A program made the translations under genes and the position numbers. Of a stretch of DNA of 64,000 bases, positions 52,368 to 60,911 are shown in pieces; the stretch's first letter is position 1; every line of letters begins with the position of its first letter. The notes under the pieces were generated by a model. It did no database searches, was not told the origin of the DNA, and saw nothing but the letters and a program-made list of their open reading frames with translations. The DNA is taken from the NCBI GenBank assembly GCA_963666285.1, contig OY762711.1. One strand, given 5' to 3'. The stretch is from Sedimentisphaerales bacterium. GTDB taxonomy: Bacteria > Planctomycetota > Phycisphaerae > Sedimentisphaerales > SM23-30.

Positions 52368-52606
52368 TATTTGGTAGGTCCTTGTTTAGCATTTTTGTTA
52401 ATATTAGTATGATAGGCGGATTTGTAATATGAAGCAATTAAAATGAAGATGGGCCGGGTTGGTTGTCATGAAGTAACTTGTTTTTCTATAAAAACTTCTG
52501 GATATTCCCTAAGATATTATAGATAATATATCCAGCTTATATTTTTGTCGCAGACTTAACTGTCGTAATGCATTTAACTTATGGATTAAGTTTGAGTAAG
52601 CAGTAT

Positions 52607-52680
52607 GTTCCCGTGGCTCAACTGGATAGAGCGTGGGCCTCCGAAGCCCAAGGTTGGTGGTTCGAATCCACTCGGGAACG
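52607..52680 (+). tRNA. tRNA-Arg (anticodon CCG); CCA not encoded
   Basis: Acceptor gttcccg/cgggaac, D-arm gctc/gagc, anticodon arm tgggc-ctCCGaa-gccca, T-loop gttcgaatc. Confidence 0.95.
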
Positions 52681-53203
52681 TTTTTAACTCTTGTATTTGT
52701 AGTGGGTTATGTGGGTTGAGGTTTTTGTGGTCACTTAGGAAAAATGCCTATTTGCGTCAATTTTGCGTCAGTCCCTTTTTCAATGGTTGGTCTATTGCAC
52801 CTATTTTCTATTATATAACCTCATTATTAGCCTAATTTAAGGGTTTTTAATGAAAATTGTAATGAGATACTTCCACCTTGGACTCTCTGGAGCCCAAGGC
52901 AAAATGATTCGCAATTATTGCCAGAAGTCTTACGTAGAGTTATTTTAAGTTGTTTAACTATAATCTATTACAGTTTTGTATCAACGGTATAGGAAACCGT
53001 TGATTATCTAATTGGTCTTATACATGACTGATTAAGTAAATTGCTTATTTCTAATTGATAATTAAGGCAGTATTTGCTATTATACTTTATATATAAAAGG
53101 ACTTATTGGGTAAGAATTTGGGCAAGAAGGAGTAGGCCGGGTTTAACTTTCATTAATAATATCGTTCGGATAATTTGCTTTACCTTTTTTAGGAGATAGA
53201 AAA

Positions 53204-56200
53204 ATGGGAAAGGTTACTATAAATTTAGTGGTTATTATATTATCGTTTTCTTTTTTGTGTAATTATTCTATTGCCTCCGGCGGCGATCTGGGCGCAACCT
53301 CTGGTGCCAACGGCTCTGAATCAAACCCATGGCTAATTCAGGACTTCGACGACTTCAACGCTTTCTGCTCCGACACCACAAAATGGGCCAGCAATCAATA
53401 TACCCGCCTCGAAACCGACCTCGACCTTGATCCTTCATTGCCCGGTAGACAGACCTACACTCAGGCACCAATAGCCGGTGATACTGATAGTAGTAATTAT
53501 TCACACGATGGAGAAGCATATGTAGGAAATTTTCAAGGAAGCAGCCATGCTATCAGTAATCTTACTGTTGATGGTGCATATTATTGTGGGCTATTTGGCT
53601 ATATTTCTTCAGGCGGTTCCGTCTCTAATCTAAGATTAGAACACGTTTCGGTAAATGGTACTGGTATGAACGTAGGTGGTCTCTGTGGCAGATGTCATGG
53701 TAGTATAAACACCTGTTCTATTAAAGGGGATGTTACAGGCGAAGATTCAAATGTTGGCGGTTTGTGTGGATTTATCCTGGGTAGTGAAATTATATCCTGC
53801 TATGTTACAGGTACTGTTACGGGAAATGGCAAAGTAGGTGGCCTTTGTGGATATGTTTACAATGGAAGTATAAGCGAGAGTTATTCTTCTGGAGTTGTAA
53901 ATGGAGTCTATGCTGTAGGCGGTCTGTGTGGATTTAACTCGGGTAGTGAAATTATCTCCTGCTATGTTACAGGTACAGTTAGTGGTTCAAGTAGAGAAGT
54001 AGGTGGGCTTTGTGGATGGAATAGTGGTAGTATGACTGAATGTTATGCAACCGGGAACATTACAGGAGAAGATCGTTATGTTGGTGGATTGTGTGGTAAG
54101 AGTTCAGGCATAATTGCCTCTTGCTATGCAAGTGGTAATATTGTTGGATCTGATGATTCTGTTGGTGGATTGTGTGGATATAACAATGAAGGAACGATTA
54201 ATAATAGTTATGCTGTTGGGGGGGGTATTGGTTATAGTTATGTAGGTGGCCTGTGTGGAACTAATTATGGTAGCATTATCAATTGTTATGCAAGTGGTTC
54301 TGTAACTGGTGATTTTTGTGTTCGCGGTTTATGTGGTTATAACGCTAGTAGTTCTGCAGAAATAGCAAATTGTTTTTGGGATATTGATACTTCCGGCCAG
54401 TCAGATGGATATTATAATTTCTCTAATAGTCCAGGTGTGATAACAAATGTTCAAGGTCTGGCGACCATTGAAATGCAAATTCAGTCCACTTTCACCAGCT
54501 CCGGTTGGGATTTTATTACTGAAACTAGCAATGGGATAGAGGATGTCTGGTATATGGATGGTTATCCAGTGTTATCTTGGCAAAGTGATCTTGTTGATGT
54601 TACTGTTCCTAAGATAGTAGGAATTAATATTAATCAAGCTGAAATAATAATTGAAAATTCAGGATTATTCATTGGCGATATTTTGTATGAATATAACACG
54701 ACAATTCCTGAAAATAGTGTTATTTCGCAAAGCTTAATAAGTGGAACTGTGGTTGCTGTAAATTCACATGTTGATATTGTTATCTCTCTTGGACCTGCGT
54801 TAATAGGTTCTGGAACAATTGATAACCCATATATTATTAGTAGCTATAATGATTTTCAGGAATTCATTAATGATCCATATTATTGGGCTGAAGGGGTATA
54901 TACATGTTTAATAGCAGATATAGATCTTGCCCCAAACCTTCCAGGACGAGAAGTATATACAAATGCGTTAATTGCTCCCTATACAGGTTATTCCAGTCCA
55001 AGTTTTAATGGCAACTTAAATGGAAATGGCTTTTCAATTGAAGGTCTGACTATCAATGGTGATTCGAGAAGCTATGTAGGTCTGTTTGGTACAATCGGAA
55101 GTGCTGAAATAAAGAATCTTGGTGTCAAAAGTTGTGATATCTCAGGCTATGATTATGTTGGTGGGCTGGTTGGATATATTGGATATCCTGGTATTATTAC
55201 CAATTGCTTTTCCACTGGAAGCATTACAGGTAACGCTAAAGTTGGTGGCCTTATTGGAGGTGGTAGTGATGGTAGTAGGGTAGTTAATTGTTATTCTCAA
55301 GGAATTGTTACTGGTGGCAATGGGGATGTTGGTGGCCTGGTAGGTTTTAGTTTTGGAAATATTACCTCTTGCTATTCGACAGGAGCTGTGACTGGAGACA
55401 ATAATATTGGCGGTTTGGTTGGTATGTTAGAGAGTGGTACTACAACTAATTCCTATTCTAATAGTAGCGTAACAGGCATAAACGCGAATGCTGGTGGATT
55501 AGTAGGGTGTAATTATGGTAATATCGTTAATGGCTATTCTACCGGTAATGTTGAAGGTAGCGAGAATGTTGGCGGTTTGGTTGGAGATAATTCTTTTGGC
55601 GATATCACCAATTGCTATTCTATTGGATCAGTTACTGGCAATGCTCAAGTTGGTGGTCTGGTGGGATTCGAATTATATCAAGTACTTATCACTAATAGCT
55701 ATTTCCTTGAGAATGCAGGCCCTGATAATAGTTTAGGTATGTCACTTAGTGATGAAGCAATGCGATTGCAGAGTAGTTTTGTCGGTTGGGATTTTGTTGG
55801 TGAAGTAAATAATGGGATAGATGATTATTGGCGTATGGATATGTATCCTGCCTTTTGCTGGGAAGAGGTATATGAAGACGGCTCAGAAGAGCATCCGTGG
55901 TTAATTGAGAACTATTCAGAATTTCAGATTTTTATTTCAGATCCAAACTTTTGGTCTGAGGGAGTACATGCAATACTAATGGATAATATTGACTTAGATC
56001 CAACTTTAGAAGGGAGAGAAATTTATTACAAAGCTCCAATTGCACCAGATACAGGTATTGCAACATCATCTTATGAAGGCCTGGCTTATTCAGGTAATTT
56101 TGACGGTAATAATTGCACGATTAGTAATCTCACAATAACAGGAAATCACTATTGTGGTTTATTTGGAAAGATCGATGGAGGAGAAGTTTCAAACCTCACA

Positions 56201-58426
56201 ATAAGTAATTCTAATGTTACTTCTTCTGGAAGGGATTCATCGTTGTTAGCTGGTGTAAATGCCGGACAAATTATTAATTGCACATCCAATGGCGTATTAT
56301 ATGGCAATAGTAGCAATGTTGGTGGAAATATATGTTTAGGTGGTTTAGTTGGAAGCAACCTTGGTTCTATAACCGAATCAAGCTCAGAAATTGATTTATC
56401 AGTGAGAAATACAAGTAATTGTATTGGAGGCCTGGCAGGTTATAGTTCAGGCAATATTCAAAATTGTAATTCTTCTGGAACTATAGATGGGGTTACTTCA
56501 CAGGTTGGCGGTTTAGTTGGAAGAGCAGATATTGGTATGATTAAGGGTTGTGTTTCTTTATGTGAAATAATATCTGGAAGTGGAGAGGCCGGTGGTCTTG
56601 TTGGTTGGAACAGAGGGCAAATTGAATGTAGTGCGTCTTCTGGTGATGTTAAAATTACAAAATATTCATACAACGCTGGTGGATTTGTTGGTAGCAATGA
56701 TGGGGTTATTAAAAGTAGCTATTGTGAAGGAAATATTGATGGATATTACCATTCTGGTGGATTGGTTGGAGATAATGGCGGTGCTGTCGATAATTGTTAT
56801 TCAGCTTCCAATGTATATGGTTATTCTAGTGTTGGAGGACTTGCAGGTGTTAGCTCGGGAGATTTTATGGCTTGTTATTCAATTGGTGCTGTGACAGGTA
56901 GTTATGGTCTGGGGGCAATAGTTGGTGAATATGAATCGGGAAATATAAGAAGTTGCTTCTGGGAAACTAATAGTTGTGAAATTGATACTCCTTCTGGAAA
57001 CTCTAACGAAATTAAAGGTGCTTTAGGCTTGTCTCTAGAGGAGATGCAGTCAGAAAGTACATTTATCGAATATTGTTGGGATTTTACTGGTGAAGATACT
57101 AACGGAAAAGATGATGTATGGTATATGGATGATTATCCAAGATTGAATGACAAGATTGCAAGTATTGAAGTTGGAGACCTTGGTGGAGGAGATGGTTCTT
57201 TTGAGTCTCCGTATTTAATAGAAAACTTTTTTGATTTCATTGAGTTTTGTTCTGATGGGAGTTATTGGGATGATTATGTTGAGTTAAAGTCAGATATTGA
57301 TTTAAATCCAATTTTGAACTGGCGTGAAACATACTCTCAGTATTTAATTGGTTATGAAAACTCATCTAGATATTCTGGTGTTTTTAATGGAAATGGTCAT
57401 GTGATACGAGATCTTACGATGAGAGGTGGGGCTTATCAATGTTTATTTGCAACTGCATCATCTACTGCGCATATTTCAAATCTTGGCCTTGAAAACATTG
57501 ATATTAAGGGAGGTGGAATTGCTGTTGGTTTATGTGGCGAACTGTACGGTGGAATAATTGAAGATTGTTACGTTACAGGAAATATCGAAGTTGGCTACAA
57601 TCCGTACTATGTTGCTGGTCTTTGTGGTGGTAATGAAAAAGGAACTATTACTGGGTGTTATGCGGATTGCAATATTATTTCAGGGGAATTGTCGAATTTT
57701 GTAGGTGTTCTTTGCGGTGCTACAGATGAAGGTACCGTAATCAATTGTTATTCTAAAGGTTCAATCGACTGTGGGCTTAATTCTATTGGTTGTGGCGGTT
57801 TTACAGGTGGTCTTTATTATGGTTATATTAAGTATTGCTATTCAACCGTTGAAATAAAAAACTATGGTGGTGGTTTTATTGGTAATCAAATTTACGATTT
57901 TGATATTCAGCATTGTTACTGGGATGTTGATGCATCTGGTGTTGGTGAAGATGGAGATGATGTTTACGGTGCTTTAGGCAGAACAACAGAATGGTTGCAG
58001 AATGTTGATAATTACCTTGATGATGGTTGGGATTTTACCGGGGAAATTGTCAATGGAGAATTAGATTTCTGGCATATGCAGGATTATCCGGTTTTAGCCT
58101 GGCAGGTAGATTTACCTGAAGGGGTTATTGGTGATCTAAATGGAGATGATATTGTTAATTTGGTGGACTTTGCTGTTCTTTCTTTATACTGGCTTGATAC
58201 GTGCGACGATGATAACGAATGGTGTCATGGAGCTGATCTAGATAGTTCTAGTGATATTGATATATTGGATTTATACTTATTTGCAGAATGTTGGCTGAAA
58301 ATTGAAATAGACTTAAATGATGACGATACTGTCGACCTTGAAGACTTTGCAATACTTTCTGCAAGTTGGATGGAAAATTACAATGTTAATGATTTAGCTG
58401 CAATGTTTCGTTATTGGTTATGGTAA
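53204..58426 (+). CDS. Large secreted GLUG-motif repeat protein with PASTA-like domain and dockerin-like C-terminal motifs
   Basis: Signal peptide; four modules starting G.GS...P(W/Y)LI; many VGGL(C/V)G repeats; VPKIVG..VISQS PASTA; GDLNGDDIVNLVDF tail. Confidence 0.88.
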   Translation: MGKVTINLVVIILSFSFLCNYSIASGGDLGATSGANGSESNPWLIQDFDDFNAFCSDTTKWASNQYTRLETDLDLDPSLPGRQTYTQAPIAGDTDSSNYSHDGEAYVGNFQGSSHAISNLTVDGAYYCGLFGYISSGGSVSNLRLEHVSVNGTGMNVGGLCGRCHGSINTCSIKGDVTGEDSNVGGLCGFILGSEIISCYVTGTVTGNGKVGGLCGYVYNGSISESYSSGVVNGVYAVGGLCGFNSGSEIISCYVTGTVSGSSREVGGLCGWNSGSMTECYATGNITGEDRYVGGLCGKSSGIIASCYASGNIVGSDDSVGGLCGYNNEGTINNSYAVGGGIGYSYVGGLCGTNYGSIINCYASGSVTGDFCVRGLCGYNASSSAEIANCFWDIDTSGQSDGYYNFSNSPGVITNVQGLATIEMQIQSTFTSSGWDFITETSNGIEDVWYMDGYPVLSWQSDLVDVTVPKIVGININQAEIIIENSGLFIGDILYEYNTTIPENSVISQSLISGTVVAVNSHVDIVISLGPALIGSGTIDNPYIISSYNDFQEFINDPYYWAEGVYTCLIADIDLAPNLPGREVYTNALIAPYTGYSSPSFNGNLNGNGFSIEGLTINGDSRSYVGLFGTIGSAEIKNLGVKSCDISGYDYVGGLVGYIGYPGIITNCFSTGSITGNAKVGGLIGGGSDGSRVVNCYSQGIVTGGNGDVGGLVGFSFGNITSCYSTGAVTGDNNIGGLVGMLESGTTTNSYSNSSVTGINANAGGLVGCNYGNIVNGYSTGNVEGSENVGGLVGDNSFGDITNCYSIGSVTGNAQVGGLVGFELYQVLITNSYFLENAGPDNSLGMSLSDEAMRLQSSFVGWDFVGEVNNGIDDYWRMDMYPAFCWEEVYEDGSEEHPWLIENYSEFQIFISDPNFWSEGVHAILMDNIDLDPTLEGREIYYKAPIAPDTGIATSSYEGLAYSGNFDGNNCTISNLTITGNHYCGLFGKIDGGEVSNLTISNSNVTSSGRDSSLLAGVNAGQIINCTSNGVLYGNSSNVGGNICLGGLVGSNLGSITESSSEIDLSVRNTSNCIGGLAGYSSGNIQNCNSSGTIDGVTSQVGGLVGRADIGMIKGCVSLCEIISGSGEAGGLVGWNRGQIECSASSGDVKITKYSYNAGGFVGSNDGVIKSSYCEGNIDGYYHSGGLVGDNGGAVDNCYSASNVYGYSSVGGLAGVSSGDFMACYSIGAVTGSYGLGAIVGEYESGNIRSCFWETNSCEIDTPSGNSNEIKGALGLSLEEMQSESTFIEYCWDFTGEDTNGKDDVWYMDDYPRLNDKIASIEVGDLGGGDGSFESPYLIENFFDFIEFCSDGSYWDDYVELKSDIDLNPILNWRETYSQYLIGYENSSRYSGVFNGNGHVIRDLTMRGGAYQCLFATASSTAHISNLGLENIDIKGGGIAVGLCGELYGGIIEDCYVTGNIEVGYNPYYVAGLCGGNEKGTITGCYADCNIISGELSNFVGVLCGATDEGTVINCYSKGSIDCGLNSIGCGGFTGGLYYGYIKYCYSTVEIKNYGGGFIGNQIYDFDIQHCYWDVDASGVGEDGDDVYGALGRTTEWLQNVDNYLDDGWDFTGEIVNGELDFWHMQDYPVLAWQVDLPEGVIGDLNGDDIVNLVDFAVLSLYWLDTCDDDNEWCHGADLDSSSDIDILDLYLFAECWLKIEIDLNDDDTVDLEDFAILSASWMENYNVNDLAAMFRYWLW

Positions 58427-58444
58427 AGAAAATGATAGTTATTC

Positions 58445-58662
58445 GTGTCCGTTCGGCGAACCACCCGTTGTGAGTTTGTAGAAGTTGCGTTATAATTGCT
58501 TTGCGGGGATTGTCGGCTAATTTATTCTGCTGAAGCCGACCAGTTATTTGGCAGCAGTTCACTCAATTTGCTATATGGTATATCGCTGATCCGGTCGATA
58601 ACATCTTTCAGATACACCTGCGGGTTCAAGCCATGGCGACTGGCACTCTGTAAAATCGACAT
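58445..58662 (-). mobile_element. IS66-family right-end remnant
   Basis: ORF 58662-58522 MSILQSASRHGLNPQVYLKDVIDRI..LSELLPNNW (IS66 C-terminus); TIR-like gtgtccgttcggcgaaccacc. Confidence 0.8.
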
Positions 58663-59003
58663 AACTTATTGAGTACGAAGCATGTATAAAAGTGAAAAAC
58701 GAGGCCAACACTCATCTTTCTTAAATGTCATATCTGTAATAGTTTATAGATTAATTTATCTTGATCACAGTTTTGACCCTACTGACCCACTTTGCCTGTT
58801 TTAGGGAGTGTTGGCTTAAAAATCCCAAGGTGAGAATGCTGTTTTAGTTGTTATTCGTTGTTTTAGTATAATGTAACCTCGATAAGTAGTATGATATTTG
58901 TGGTGATATGGTTGGATTTCTCAATTGGAAATTTAATATTTACCTTGGATTTCTCAAGTAAAAAGTCGATAATATGGTTGGAAAATTCAACTGAGGTCCA
59001 ATA

Positions 59004-60320
59004 ATGAAGCGATTAGCAGAAAAGCAAATACTAAAATGGAAGAATTCAACTCGCCGAAAACCTTTGATAATTCGAGGAGCTCGGCAGGTCGGCAAGACAT
59101 GGCTGGTTGAAAACTGTCTGGCAAAAGAGTTTGAAAATTTTGCTAGAATCGATTTGGAACAGCAGCGATATCTTCACGGCCTATTTGGAGATGACCTTGA
59201 CCCTATTAAGATTATCGAGGAGCTTGAAGGTTCAGTCGGCAGGATAATACCTGGCAAGACATTGTTGTTTATAGATGAGATCCAAGCTTGTCCAAGAGCG
59301 ATAACAGCTTTGAGGTATTTTTATGAGCAAATACCGGAGCTCCATGTAGTTGCAGCAGGTTCATTACTTGAGTTTGCCTTTGGTGAGATATCAGTTCCGG
59401 TTGGAAGAGTTCAATACTTATATTTGCACCCAATGACTTTTTATGAATTTTTACTTGCAACAGGTAAAGATGTTTTGGCTGATAAAATTCTCATGCCGCA
59501 GCAAGAGATCTCACCAACGATGAGCAATCTAATTTTTGAGGAGTTGAAAAGATACTTTTTTGTCGGCGGTATGCCTGAATGTGTCAAGGCTTTTCGAGAT
59601 ACTAACTCCAGGCTTGAAGCTTTTGCTGTTCAATCTGAAATCCTGGATTCATACAGGCAGGATTTTGCCAAGTTCAAGCCTCAGGTTGATAATACTTGTC
59701 TGGATGCAGTTTTTAGCAAGGCGGCTCTTTCAGTTGGTGAGCAGATAAAATATACTCGGCTTTGTGATGATTTTAGTGGGACAACCAATCGCAAAGCATT
59801 TGATTTACTGGTAAAAGCCAGGATACTACACAAAATTCCAGCCTGTGATCCATCCGGTTTGCCACTCGGGGCAACTGCTAGTGGTCGAAAATTCAAATCT
59901 TGTATGCTTGACATTGGACTTTTGCAGAGCCTCTGCCAGATTGATGTTGCCCGTGAGACGGCAGAAAAGGATCTTCTCGCAATATATCGTGGTAAGCTGG
60001 CTGAACAGTTTGTCGCCCAGGAAATGCTTACCTGGCATAATCAGGACTTGTTCTATTGGTCAAGGAATACCAAAAACTCAGACGCTGAGGTTGATTACCT
60101 TGCTATACGAGATGGTAGTATATATCCGATTGAAGTGAAAGCCGGACCGTCAGGCAAGCTAAAAAGTCTTCATATGGTTTTGAAAACTTATTCAAACTGC
60201 CCGCAAGGCTGGGTGTTGTATAATGGTCCACACCAGGAGATTCCAGAACAGAAACTTGTATTCTGGCCGCTTTATGCTACTGCCCAAATGGGTGATCGTA
60301 ATCAATACCCTGAAATATAA
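59004..60320 (+). CDS. AAA_14 ATPase with DUF4143 domain
   Basis: GARQVGKT, FIDEIQ, GGMPE, DIGL, AEQFV, EVDYL..IEVKAG. Confidence 0.9.
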   Translation: MKRLAEKQILKWKNSTRRKPLIIRGARQVGKTWLVENCLAKEFENFARIDLEQQRYLHGLFGDDLDPIKIIEELEGSVGRIIPGKTLLFIDEIQACPRAITALRYFYEQIPELHVVAAGSLLEFAFGEISVPVGRVQYLYLHPMTFYEFLLATGKDVLADKILMPQQEISPTMSNLIFEELKRYFFVGGMPECVKAFRDTNSRLEAFAVQSEILDSYRQDFAKFKPQVDNTCLDAVFSKAALSVGEQIKYTRLCDDFSGTTNRKAFDLLVKARILHKIPACDPSGLPLGATASGRKFKSCMLDIGLLQSLCQIDVARETAEKDLLAIYRGKLAEQFVAQEMLTWHNQDLFYWSRNTKNSDAEVDYLAIRDGSIYPIEVKAGPSGKLKSLHMVLKTYSNCPQGWVLYNGPHQEIPEQKLVFWPLYATAQMGDRNQYPEI

Positions 60321-60337
60321 ATGATAGGCAAATTACA

Positions 60338-60544
60338 ATGGATAACAAACATTCCATATTTTACGATGGTACTGAGGTTAATCCTGATCTTGTATTGAAT
60401 CCTTCCTTGTGTGTAAGTTGTAAAAGAGATGGCTTATCTGGCAAAGAAGATATTTTATGTAAATTGAACCGTCTGGACCAACAGGGTGAAGAAGATTTTA
60501 TTTGCGGTGCGTATGATCCGAAAAATAATGCTGATGATGAATGA
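60338..60544 (+). CDS. Small Cys-containing hypothetical protein
   Basis: CxxC..C..C pattern; closely follows the ATPase. Confidence 0.6.
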   Translation: MDNKHSIFYDGTEVNPDLVLNPSLCVSCKRDGLSGKEDILCKLNRLDQQGEEDFICGAYDPKNNADDE

Positions 60545-60614
60545 TGGAAGTTAATTTTGAATCAAGATAAATATAATCAGCTTGAGAAACTACGTAAAGA
60601 GTTTGCAGTATTAA

Positions 60615-60887
60615 ATGCAAGAAGGCAGGTCAAATCTTGTCATTGCAACAGGTCGCTATTTAGGTGAAGGTTTTGACCATCCCAGGCTGGATACGTTATT
60701 TCTGGCATTGCCTGTGTCATGGAAGGGGACAATAGCACAATATGCCGGGCGATTGCATAGAGACCACCATAGTAAAAGTGAAGTAAGGATATACGATTAT
60801 GCCGACATGAATGTACCTATGTTAGCGAGAATGTTTGATCGAAGGATGGCTGGTTATAAAGCTATTGGGTATGAATTGAAGCAATAA
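60615..60887 (+). pseudogene. C-terminal fragment of an SF2 (Res-like) helicase
   Basis: ATGRYLGEGFD..LDTLFLA..QYAGRLHR (motifs V/VI only). Confidence 0.8.
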
Positions 60888-60911
60888 TGAAATTATTAAC
60901 TTGGAGCTGAA

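Noticed and set aside
53759..53981. Possible DGR template/variable repeat pair in the GLUG gene
   Set aside because: Differences are not adenine-specific, both copies are in-frame coding repeats, and there is no RT gene in the window
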